The notes below the pieces were generated by a model. The model was not told the DNA's origin. It saw only the letters and a list, made by a program, of their open reading frames with translations, and searched no databases. From contig NZ_PQWO01000006.1 of the NCBI RefSeq assembly GCF_003231495.1, positions 120,001 through 152,000 of the forward strand: a stretch of 32,000 bases of DNA, read 5' to 3'. This stretch comes from Acaryochloris thomasi RCC1774. GTDB lineage: Bacteria > Cyanobacteriota > Cyanobacteriia > Thermosynechococcales > Thermosynechococcaceae. Position 1 is the first letter of the stretch, and each line of letters begins with the position of its first letter. Below, in pieces: positions 18,626 through 27,112 of the stretch. The position numbers were made by a program, and so were the translations under genes.

Positions 18626-19675
18626 ATGCATAAAATTCCCGTTACGGTTGTCACCGGGTTCCTTGGTGCTGGGAAAACTACCCTTGTGCGCCACCTGCTG
18701 CAAAATAACCAGGGGCGGCGCATTGCGGTCCTCGTGAATGAATTTGGCGAAATCGGTATCGATGCTGAGCTGCTGCGCTCCTGTCAGATCTGTGATGAAG
18801 ACGAAGCCGATGGCAATATCGTTGAGCTGACCAACGGCTGCCTCTGCTGTACGGTTCAAGAAGAATTCTTGCCGACTATGCAGGCTCTACTCCAGCGTCG
18901 AGACCAAATTGACTGCATTATTGTCGAAACCTCCGGCTTAGCCTTGCCCAAACCCTTGGTGCAGGCGTTTCGCTGGCCAGAAATTCGCACGAGCGCCACC
19001 GTCGATGGCGTCATTACTGTGGTTGACTGCGAAGCTCTGTCCGCCGGTCAGCTCGTTGGCGATCTAGATGCTCTAAATGCCCAGCGTCGGGCTGACGATA
19101 GCCTCGATCATGAGACCCCTATCGAAGAACTCTTTGAAGATCAGTTAGCCTGTGCTGATTTAGTGCTGCTCACAAAGGTCGATCAGCTTGACCCATCAGA
19201 GCTGGATAAGGTGCAAACCTGGCTGCAGGGTGAGTTACCTCAGGGAACGAAGATGATTCCCTGCCATAACGGTCAGATTAATCCAGAGATCTTGCTCGGC
19301 TTCAATGCGGCGGTGGAAGATGACTTAGATCAGCGGCACAGCCACCACGACCACGAAGAAGAACATGAGCATGACGATCATATCAATTCAGTGCAGGTCC
19401 TTGTGGAGTACACGGCTGACTCTGAGCAGTTGCTAGAGCAGCTCAAGGAACTGGTTGCCAGATACGAAATCTATCGGATCAAGGGATTCGTCAACGTTCA
19501 GGATAAGCCAATGCGACTGGTCCTGCAGGGGGTCGGGGACCGATTTGACACCTTTTATGATCGTCCTTGGCAAGCTTCTGAAGTTCGCCAGACAAAGCTT
19601 GTCTTCATCGGGCAAGATTTGCAGCAGGCTGATATCGCAGCAGCGCTGACTCAGGAAACAGCCGTAATTGTGTAG
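18626..19675 (+). CDS. cobW: CobW / COG0523-family G3E metallochaperone GTPase
   Basis: The P-loop is GFLGAGKTTL and the metal-binding motif is GCLCC. There are ETSG and TKVD GTPase motifs, a His-rich stretch HSHHDHEEEHEHDDH, and a CobW C-terminal domain. Confidence 0.85.
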   Translation: MHKIPVTVVTGFLGAGKTTLVRHLLQNNQGRRIAVLVNEFGEIGIDAELLRSCQICDEDEADGNIVELTNGCLCCTVQEEFLPTMQALLQRRDQIDCIIVETSGLALPKPLVQAFRWPEIRTSATVDGVITVVDCEALSAGQLVGDLDALNAQRRADDSLDHETPIEELFEDQLACADLVLLTKVDQLDPSELDKVQTWLQGELPQGTKMIPCHNGQINPEILLGFNAAVEDDLDQRHSHHDHEEEHEHDDHINSVQVLVEYTADSEQLLEQLKELVARYEIYRIKGFVNVQDKPMRLVLQGVGDRFDTFYDRPWQASEVRQTKLVFIGQDLQQADIAAALTQETAVIV

Positions 19676-19792
19676 CTCTTAAACTACTCATACAGACTTC
19701 TAGCCATTTGCGGTCACAAGACCGTTCACTGCTAGTGCTTAGGCTCCTGATAGTAAGGGCTTTCTCTCTTGAAGGCGAATCTCTTGTGCGCT

Positions 19793-20350
19793 TCAAATCT
19801 TTAAAGGTAAGGAAATCTGTTGGCAGTCTTCTTGTGTCAGAGCATTTTCGTGCTGTAGCAACCATCGTTTTCGCTCTATTCCACCAGCATATCCAGTTAA
19901 CTGGGCATTAGCGCCCACGACTCGATGGCAGGGCACTACGATTGCGATGGGATTGCGACTGTTTGCTAGCCCCACAGCACGGCTGGCGTTGGGATTCCCT
20001 AGCTGAGTGGCAAGTGTTCCGTAGGTGAGAGTTGTGCCTGCAGGAATCTCCCGGAGGGTGGACCAGACCCGTTGCTGAAATGGCGTACCGCCTGGACTCA
20101 CGGTAATGGGAGTCAGGCTGTTAAAGTCGCCCGCAAAGTAAGACTGGATGCGATCGCAAATCCCCAATGTATCCTGGGCTTGAACAAGGGAGAATGCCCC
20201 GTAGCGGGCCTGCAGAAACTTCTGCATTCGTGGTTCGTGGTCCGCAAATTCCAGGGCGCATAAATTCTGCCCTTCCGTGACCACTAAAATCTGGCCCATG
20301 GGAGAGTCTAAGCGATTGAGGTTGAGATACGTCTTTGTTGGAGCGACCAT
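19793..20350 (-). CDS. ogt: Methylated-DNA--protein-cysteine methyltransferase
   Basis: The active site is IVVPCHRVV, with the blocks TPFQQRVWSTLREIPAGTTLTYG and NPIAIVVPCHR. I prefer the ATG at 20350 because it removes the overlap with the upstream gene. Confidence 0.85.
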   Translation of the reverse strand: MVAPTKTYLNLNRLDSPMGQILVVTEGQNLCALEFADHEPRMQKFLQARYGAFSLVQAQDTLGICDRIQSYFAGDFNSLTPITVSPGGTPFQQRVWSTLREIPAGTTLTYGTLATQLGNPNASRAVGLANSRNPIAIVVPCHRVVGANAQLTGYAGGIERKRWLLQHENALTQEDCQQISLPLKI

Positions 20351-20367
20351 AGCCAATTTAAGACCCG

Positions 20368-20754
20368 CTAATTTGCAAGAGGACTGCCGTGGTGATGGAC
20401 CAAATACCATTTGTCGCCCATCTGCTCAAAAATATTCGTGGCCATTGAGCGAGCTTCAAGACGCTGTCGTTGTGCCACCTGCAGCACCTTCTCAATCAAG
20501 ATTACGTAGGCTAGGGTGCCACTTATTTCGGTCGTAATAATGGTGGTGTCTATTTCAAGGTAGGCCGTATTATGAAAAATTTTCTGCCAAGAAGGTCGGA
20601 TATTTTCCCAGCCTCGCAGGGCTTCGCGGCCAGGATGAATACAGATACTGCTCGTCCCTTGAGACCAAATCGAGGCCATCGCCTCTGCGTCTTTTTTCTC
20701 GAAGGCGCGATAAAAGGCTGCGTTACTGATGAGAACGTCTTGTTCAGCGCTCAT
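20368..20754 (-). CDS. NTF2-like / SnoaL-like (DUF4440-type) small protein
   Basis: From MSAEQDVLISNAAFYRAFEKKDAEAMASIWS..., the N-terminal helix pattern and a size of about 128 aa are typical of SnoaL/DUF4440 folds. I prefer the ATG at 20754. Confidence 0.55.
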   Translation of the reverse strand: MSAEQDVLISNAAFYRAFEKKDAEAMASIWSQGTSSICIHPGREALRGWENIRPSWQKIFHNTAYLEIDTTIITTEISGTLAYVILIEKVLQVAQRQRLEARSMATNIFEQMGDKWYLVHHHGSPLAN

Positions 20755-20933
20755 GCTTTCTCTCTTTGATGATAGCTCTATTAGATGATGCCGCCTGAAA
20801 CAAATGTGCGGCATTTGGCTTCTTAGGATACGACATGGGCTAAGTCCGTGGCGTTAAGTTTTTAGGGCGAGGGAGGCACAATAGAAAAGTAATGCCCGGC
20901 CCCCAGACGATTCAAGAGGAATAATAAAAATCC

Positions 20934-21413
20934 ATGGTGGACTACAAATTTTTACTACTGCTGCTGAGTACGGTCTCTTTAACGGTGGCAACGCCTCACT
21001 TAGTTCGAGGACAGGAACTTGCCCAGATATCCCCTTCAGGAGCGCCATCGGCACCGCTTGAGGCCCCGGCAGAGTCCTCACCCCCCGCAGAGCCTGCTCA
21101 GCAGCAGGCTGAAATGGATCCAGAACAGGCCGCTTTCCTTGATGCCCTGAAGCTGACGAATGAGCAGAAAAGTCAGTTCCAAGCGATTCAAAAGCTGCTT
21201 CAGGCACAGGCTAAAAGTATTTTGACGCCTGCGCAAGTGCAGCAGGTACAAAAGTTATCGGCTGCCGGTCAAGAGCCAGATTTTCGGACGCTTAACCTTT
21301 CCGCTGATCAGACAGCTAAGCTACAAGAGGCTGAGGGACTTGCTAACTATCGATTCTCTCTTTTGCTGACGCCAGAGCAAAAAAAGGTGCTGAGCAAATT
21401 GATTAGCAAGTAA
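20934..21413 (+). CDS. Periplasmic LTXXQ-motif protein (Spy/CpxP-like)
   Basis: There is a signal peptide, a Pro/Ala/Glu-rich linker, and four LTxxQ-type repeats (LTNEQKSQF, LTPAQVQQV, LSADQTAKL, LTPEQKKVL). Confidence 0.5.
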   Translation: MVDYKFLLLLLSTVSLTVATPHLVRGQELAQISPSGAPSAPLEAPAESSPPAEPAQQQAEMDPEQAAFLDALKLTNEQKSQFQAIQKLLQAQAKSILTPAQVQQVQKLSAAGQEPDFRTLNLSADQTAKLQEAEGLANYRFSLLLTPEQKKVLSKLISK

Positions 21414-21428
21414 GTAAGTTGCTTCTCA

Positions 21429-21929
21429 TTGCCGCCGATTTTGTCTCGCACGAGAATCGCCTTGAGCCTTAACTTCATATCTGTCGATCAGCCCATCAGG
21501 ATTGAGTTTACGTCCTTTACGGCTCGTGAGTCGCACATTAAAGCGATACGGATCGAGGTTTTCCATCAAGAGCAGAAAATCGACCCTGCTTTAGATTTTG
21601 ATGGCTTAGATGAAGAGGCGATTCAAGTGGTTGCCTATATTGGCGATCAGCCGGTAGGAACGACGAGAATACGCCAGCTTGCGGCAGCCACAAAAATTGA
21701 GCGTGTTGCTGTGCTATCGCCCTATCGAAAGCAAGGGGTTGGCACAGCAATGATGCTTGAAATCTTGACTTATCTGAGCGACCGATCGAGCACAGACATT
21801 ATCCTCAGCGCCCAATGCACGTCGGAATCGTTCTACCGGAAGTTAGGATTTATGCCGCACGGGGAAGTCTTTCGAGAGGCCGGAATCGAACATATTCACA
21901 TGCGCTATCGTCCACGTAAGGGTAGATGA
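21429..21929 (+). CDS. GNAT-family N-acetyltransferase
   Basis: VAVLSPYRKQGVGTAMML is GNAT motif A, and IRIEVFHQEQKI is the usual N-terminal block. The start is uncertain (TTG at 21429 or 21462), and there is no in-frame ATG nearby. Confidence 0.65.
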   Translation: MPPILSRTRIALSLNFISVDQPIRIEFTSFTARESHIKAIRIEVFHQEQKIDPALDFDGLDEEAIQVVAYIGDQPVGTTRIRQLAAATKIERVAVLSPYRKQGVGTAMMLEILTYLSDRSSTDIILSAQCTSESFYRKLGFMPHGEVFREAGIEHIHMRYRPRKGR

Positions 21930-21965
21930 CGCTAGAGATGAGAGCGCAACGGCTTAGGAGGCAGA

Positions 21966-22727
21966 GTGCAGAGATTTGGGTTGCTGATCGGATTAATCGT
22001 CTTAGGGGCAGGCGCTGGAGGACTTTGGGTTTGGCGTCAGGCGACCTATCTGCCGAACTGGTATACGCAACCGGTCATTCAGCCTGAAGCTGCGCCCGTG
22101 TTGTCTGGCTCAGATGTCGCTCAAGCCGATGAACGCCAATCACTGAAGTTAAAGCTGGTCCGCCAAGTGGTTCCGAGGCCAGCCCGCCACTCCACATCTT
22201 TAGGGACTCCGTCTGACTCAGCTCAGTTGTCACCTGAGTCACAGGTAACCCACGAGGTAAACCTTGATCCCAAAACTTTTGGTGAATTCGTCGTCAGCTC
22301 TATTCCGCAAACGCCTGAAAGCGAGGTGATTTTTCCCGCAATTAAGGCTATAAATACTGAAATTGATGCGGGACAGTTGAAGATTGGATTAGTTGTCAAT
22401 ACGGCTGAGCTACCGATGGAAGAGCTGCCGAAAGAGATGCGATCGCATCTTCAACAAACTCTCACCACCTTTCCGTTCTTTAAAGATCGGAACATCTATC
22501 TAGGCGCTGTAGGCCAACCTCGCCTAGAGTCTGGACAAGTGGTCTTAGGAACAGATGCCAAAATCCAAATTGGAAGCTTGAAGATGAACCTGACCGATGT
22601 TTCGGAAAGGATTGGCGTTCCTGTTGAGGACTTGGAGCAAAGAATTAACCTGCAGCTAGGTCAACTGAGCGTGCAGGATATTGACTTCATTCAAAATACT
22701 GCAGTCCTGAGCGGTTCCATTAACTAG
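21966..22727 (+). CDS. Hypothetical protein with an N-terminal membrane anchor
   Basis: A 253-aa ORF with a GTG start and one N-terminal transmembrane helix (FGLLIGLIVLGAGAGGLWVW). GC content and a HIP1 site at 22439 fit native DNA. I recognise no family. Confidence 0.45.
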   Translation: MQRFGLLIGLIVLGAGAGGLWVWRQATYLPNWYTQPVIQPEAAPVLSGSDVAQADERQSLKLKLVRQVVPRPARHSTSLGTPSDSAQLSPESQVTHEVNLDPKTFGEFVVSSIPQTPESEVIFPAIKAINTEIDAGQLKIGLVVNTAELPMEELPKEMRSHLQQTLTTFPFFKDRNIYLGAVGQPRLESGQVVLGTDAKIQIGSLKMNLTDVSERIGVPVEDLEQRINLQLGQLSVQDIDFIQNTAVLSGSIN

Positions 22728-22891
22728 CTGCCAACTCTTCCCCACTGTAAGCACCTTGGTTTTAGGTGAGCGAATACCTATCTCTATAGCGGTACACGTA
22801 TTGATTCGGATGTAAGAATGGCTGAAACCCATCTGTGCTGAGGAAGAGCTGTCCTAGCTCTATAGAAGGTGAATCGTAGGCAATACGCTGC

Positions 22892-23944
22892 TTAGGCATC
22901 AAGGTAACAATGCTTACAGTGATCCGGCAAATCATGCGTAACATGGCACGTTCGAAAGTCTTGGTACTTGTCGTTATTCCAAATTTCACTGAAGCTCTGT
23001 TCATGTATGTTGCCCATCTTGACAGTATCGGAGTCTGCCAAAATCGCACAAGGCACAACATCACCATTTGTGCAGATATATGCAGATTTCCAGGGCCATG
23101 AACATTTCCGCGCCCTACTATAAAAGTCTCCATCGAAAACTTTGAGGTTGACCCCTTGCTCTAGAGCTGTTTCTTGAGCTGTTTCTAAGGCTGAATGAAT
23201 CTTTTTCGAGGAGACCAGATCCGGCGACAGCTTGATCTCATTGATATGCTGTCCCATCTCGTCTTTTCCCCAATCATTAAGAAAGGGTTGGATTGTTAAA
23301 GCCCCAAGGCCTAGCTCCTTAACCAGCTTGATGACATCCTCTACTTCATGTAGATTTTGCTTCGTTAAGACCATCCATGCACTGAGCTTCTGTCTGTCTT
23401 CAACATCAATTAAGTCAGTGAACTCTTTAATATTTTTGCAAACGACATCAAAACGGCTGCCAACCCTTATCTTTTCAAATACTTCTGCAGATGCCCCATC
23501 AATACTAAGGTGAATTGATGTATTCTTCAGCTTGGATATTCTATGGGCAAGCTTTCCCTTCAGAAGTGAGCCATTTGTTGTAAAGCTCATCCGAATGTTT
23601 TTCTGCTCACCAAACTCAAGCATGGGAATAAGTTCTTTGTTGAGTAACGGCTCACCCATCCCCTGCAGCTTTATCCAAACAAGGTTGGGCAATTGCTCGA
23701 TCAACGTCTCAAATGCAGATTTCTGAAGGTGGACAACCTCTTTATCCCAGTAGGTGACTTGACAATGAGGACAGCTAAAGTTGCAGTTGTTGACAGGTTC
23801 GATATCTAAGCTTGACGGTAAGCAAGGAACTTGTCTTAACTTCAATAAGTACGAGATGCGCATTCCAAAGTCATTAAAAAGCTTAGCTGGAGATTTAATC
23901 TGACTCAACAATACTGAAGCATTTGATTTCGAGAGCTTAAACAT
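22892..23944 (-). CDS. Radical SAM enzyme with a C-terminal SPASM/twitch-type auxiliary Cys-rich domain
   Basis: The radical SAM cluster motif is NNCNFSCPHC (CxxxCxxC), followed by GMGEPLLN as the SAM/GGE-type motif. The C-terminus reads CSWPWKSAYICTNGDVVPC (CX12GX4C) and then C-x9-C-x2-C at the extreme end. I prefer the ATG at 23944; the track TTG at 24022 is the maximum extent. The gene is visibly AT-rich compared with its neighbours. Confidence 0.8.
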   Translation of the reverse strand: MFKLSKSNASVLLSQIKSPAKLFNDFGMRISYLLKLRQVPCLPSSLDIEPVNNCNFSCPHCQVTYWDKEVVHLQKSAFETLIEQLPNLVWIKLQGMGEPLLNKELIPMLEFGEQKNIRMSFTTNGSLLKGKLAHRISKLKNTSIHLSIDGASAEVFEKIRVGSRFDVVCKNIKEFTDLIDVEDRQKLSAWMVLTKQNLHEVEDVIKLVKELGLGALTIQPFLNDWGKDEMGQHINEIKLSPDLVSSKKIHSALETAQETALEQGVNLKVFDGDFYSRARKCSWPWKSAYICTNGDVVPCAILADSDTVKMGNIHEQSFSEIWNNDKYQDFRTCHVTHDLPDHCKHCYLDA

Positions 23945-25168
23945 ACTGAATTTCCATATGAGCGCTGCATTCTTTGATTGGGTAAGTTTCTCGCTACTCA
24001 AAGCGAAGGAGTCAACCCACAATTCAAACTGTAATTTCAGAAATATGCCTTCTTTAGTCTCTGTCTGCTTACAGATAGGGGAGTTGATTTGAACCTAAAC
24101 GTTTAGAACAATCAGATTCTCTCTGAATGAAAATGAAATAGGCACCCGATAGGGTGTATCTGCTAGGCAGTAAGACGATTTTTTATCTAGTCGATTCGCA
24201 GCCTTTAGGGAGGTACAGGAGTCTGGCCGTCTTGCAGAACCGCACGAAGAATACACGAGGCATTGATATGTCGCTTGAAAGTATACATAAGGTCTCTCAA
24301 TGAAGATGCTAACCGTGAGCTGTAGACATCTCTCAGACTGTGGCTTTTCTAGAAGTTGTGATTTAGAAAAGCGACACTGTAATACTGATGAAATTGCCTA
24401 GCTATTGACGGAAACACCCTGATTCTTTTGATCTTACTCAAATGCCCACCTTTGCTCTAGCTAGCTAAGTGTTTTGAACTCATCATCCCGTATAGGACTA
24501 AAGCTACACTTAAAACTAATTAGAACCCTATTTTATTCTAGCGCGTAATAATGAAAGTTTGGAGAAGAGGCCAGAACCTATAGTCTTATCTTCTGAAGAC
24601 TTGCGATAGTTTTTTGAACGCCAGTATCTACTACATGTTACGTCCAACAAAGTACTTGTTTATAGGGTGTGATCACTCGTTGCTATCAAGAAACTTTGGG
24701 GCCGAGAAAATTAGTAAAAAATGTAGCGAGGTATACTGGATTGTGCGAGAGCTACTGATTTTTCTTTTTAGGATTGATTCCGAGCTGCTCCGCAATAGTG
24801 GATTGTTAGGGAGGCCATCATACGGCGTTTTACTCTACTGGGATCTTCTCTGGATGCAGAATATCTGAAGAATGAGGGGCAATTTGACCTAAGCAAATTG
24901 CATCAGAGCCCTCTTCGCCCAGCATAGAGCCGAAGCGCATCTGATTTCAAAAGCCGCTATATAAAGCTAGGGGAATTGATTCTAGAATGACTTCTCGGAT
25001 GAAAGCATATTGCCAGTGGAAAGTTCAAGTAGACAAATAGCTCTCTATCAACTTTTTTAGGTAAAGAAGTAGAGGTATGAAGATAAAAAGTAGAACTGTC
25101 GTAGTGGTGAGCTCACTTGATTGTCGCTGAGCTAGCTATGTCCCAGAGATTAGGGTTTTGACTCTAGC

Positions 25169-25570
25169 CTAGGGAACGACTAAGACGGGACAGGGAGCTA
25201 AATTAATAACGCGATTGCTGACGCTTTCTGCCATTCCCTCGTCTGTGAGGCCCACGCCGCGACAGCCCATCACGATCACATCAGCGTCAAGTTCATCTGC
25301 GACATCACAGATACAAAAGGCGGGTTGTCCCTCTTTATGCAAAGTTTCTGCTTCAATTCCCCACTCAGCGAAGGCTGATTTTGCGGTTTGGAGCAACTGG
25401 TCAATCATGTCAGGGGCAGGATTGGCTTCCTCTGCACCTGCCTTGTCCTCTACCTGTACTGAGAGGATAAACAGGCGTCCATCACAGAACTTGACCAGTT
25501 TGGCGACGGTCTCGGCCGCATCTTGTGACTCGCGGCTTTGGTCCACAGGGAACAAAATAGTCTTAAACAT
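25169..25570 (-). CDS. Universal stress protein (UspA family)
   Basis: From MFKTILFPVDQSRESQDAAE..., the protein has DADVIVMGCRG and SVSNRVINLAPCPVLVV, the UspA ATP-binding-type C-terminus. I prefer the ATG at 25570. Confidence 0.8.
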   Translation of the reverse strand: MFKTILFPVDQSRESQDAAETVAKLVKFCDGRLFILSVQVEDKAGAEEANPAPDMIDQLLQTAKSAFAEWGIEAETLHKEGQPAFCICDVADELDADVIVMGCRGVGLTDEGMAESVSNRVINLAPCPVLVVP

Positions 25571-25748
25571 TTGCGCTACTCCAGGGTACGGACTCCGGTA
25601 AAATTGGGGACGGCACGGAATCAGTTTACGCACCTAGCTGATCGGTGCTGCTGTGGTCAATCCCAACTCTGATCATTACAGTAACCGGTCCCTCAACTCA
25701 ATTCGTGAGTCATAACTTTCAATAGACGCTTTTAGGAGATCTGTCACT

Positions 25749-26954
25749 GTGGCAAAAAAAACATTAGCAAGCCTTTCCTCTGCCGATGTATCCGGCAAAC
25801 GTGTTCTCGTTCGTGCTGACTTTAACGTTCCTCTCGATGGGGATCATAAAATTACCGACGATACGCGGATACGTGCGGCGCTGCCGACGATCCAAGATCT
25901 GACCTCTAAGGGGGCCAAGGTCATTCTCTCTAGCCACTTCGGTCGTCCTAAGGGAGAAGTCAAGGAAGAAATGCGCCTAACGCCTGTGGCAACCCGTTTA
26001 TCTGAGCTGCTGGGGCAACCAGTCATTAAGTGTGATGACTGTATTGGTGACGAAGTTGCAGCCAAAATTGGCTCAATGCAGAACGGCCAGGTGGCGCTAC
26101 TTGAGAACGTTCGCTTTCATGCTGAAGAAGAGAAAAACGATCCGGCGTTTGCGGAGAAGTTAGCTGCAAATGCAGATTTATACGTTAACGATGCCTTCGG
26201 AACAGCCCACCGTGCCCATGCTTCGACAGAAGGCGTCACTAAGTATCTCAGCCCATCGGTGGCGGGCTATTTAATTGAAAAGGAGCTGCAGTATTTGCAG
26301 GCTGCTATTGAAAAGCCTCAACGTCCTTTGGCGGCAATTGTGGGCGGCTCCAAGGTTTCTAGTAAGATTGGCGTTATTGAAACGCTGCTCGATAAGGTGG
26401 ACAAAATCTTAATCGGCGGCGGTATGATTTTCACCTTCTACAAGGCGCGTGGCCTCAGCGTTGGTAAGTCTTTGGTTGAAGAAGATAAGCTAGATTTGGC
26501 CCGTGAGCTAGAGGCGAAGGCTAAAGAGAAGGGCGTCGCGTTCTTGTTACCGACGGATGTGATTGTGGCTGATAATTTCGCCCCCGATGCTAATGCTCAA
26601 ACTGTCAGCATTGAGAATATTCCCGAAGGTTGGATGGGACTTGATATTGGTCCTGATTCGGTGAAGGTCTTCCAAGAGGCGCTCTCAGATTGTAAGAGCG
26701 TGATTTGGAACGGTCCGATGGGGGTGTTTGAGTTTGATAAGTTTGCGGCGGGGACAGATGCGATCGCACATACTCTAGCAAGCCTCACCGGCACAGGAGC
26801 ATCCACTATCATTGGTGGCGGTGATTCTGTTGCTGCTGTTGAGAAGGTTGGCGTGGCTGATAAGATGAGCCATATTTCGACGGGTGGTGGTGCCAGCCTA
26901 GAGCTACTGGAAGGCAAAACTTTGCCCGGTATTGCAGCACTAGATGATGCTTAG
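25749..26954 (+). CDS. pgk: Phosphoglycerate kinase
   Basis: [29 protein letters not shown] and GGGDS...STGGGASLE are canonical Pgk blocks. The protein is 401 aa with a GTG start. Confidence 0.95.
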   Translation: MAKKTLASLSSADVSGKRVLVRADFNVPLDGDHKITDDTRIRAALPTIQDLTSKGAKVILSSHFGRPKGEVKEEMRLTPVATRLSELLGQPVIKCDDCIGDEVAAKIGSMQNGQVALLENVRFHAEEEKNDPAFAEKLAANADLYVNDAFGTAHRAHASTEGVTKYLSPSVAGYLIEKELQYLQAAIEKPQRPLAAIVGGSKVSSKIGVIETLLDKVDKILIGGGMIFTFYKARGLSVGKSLVEEDKLDLARELEAKAKEKGVAFLLPTDVIVADNFAPDANAQTVSIENIPEGWMGLDIGPDSVKVFQEALSDCKSVIWNGPMGVFEFDKFAAGTDAIAHTLASLTGTGASTIIGGGDSVAAVEKVGVADKMSHISTGGGASLELLEGKTLPGIAALDDA

Positions 26955-26987
26955 TGCACCTTTGTGATTTTAATTGAACCTTAAAAG

Positions 26988-27016
26988 CACGGGGGCTAGA
27001 TTATCTAGCCCCCGTG
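26988..27016. repeat. Perfect 13-bp inverted repeat (hairpin) downstream of pgk; possible terminator without a U-tract
   Basis: The arms are cacgggggctaga (26988-27000) and tctagcccccgtg (27004-27016), with loop tta. The 3' flank has no T-run. Confidence 0.5.
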
Positions 27017-27112
27017 ACGTGTATTAAAGATGAAAAGTCTGGCTCTAGACAAAATAAAGTGAGGCATTAGGATAAAATCTTGAAGTTAGCAGAGGTAGGG
27101 GAAGTTTTTGCC

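Noticed and set aside
22762-23133. A 123-aa minus-strand ORF overlapping the 3' end of the radical SAM gene.
   Set aside because: It is out of frame with a strongly supported gene whose SPASM-type Cys motifs occupy the same DNA. It has no motifs of its own, so it is most likely a shadow ORF.
24614-24868. An 84-aa plus-strand ORF inside the long non-coding gap, the only track ORF there.
   Set aside because: It has a TTG start and no Shine-Dalgarno sequence. The sequence is leucine- and aromatic-rich and low in information (…LLIFLFRIDSELLRNSGLLGRPSYGVLLYWDLLWMQNI), with no motif. It sits in AT-rich DNA, where random ORFs of this length are expected. I keep it only as part of the non-coding-gap finding.
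22728-25168. A search for mobile-element hallmarks around the low-GC insert: flanking direct repeats, terminal inverted repeats, integrase or transposase genes, or an adjacent tRNA.
   Set aside because: I found none. The only flank similarity is GGTTTT(A/G), which is too short to mean anything. The insert is therefore not called a mobile element, only compositionally atypical.
24023-25168. A CRISPR array or other tandem repeat structure in the long gap.
   Set aside because: I saw no repeated unit of 20 nt or more with regular spacing when reading both strands. There are only short isolated palindromes (ctaaacgtttag, gtgatcac, gtgagctcac, ctagctag).
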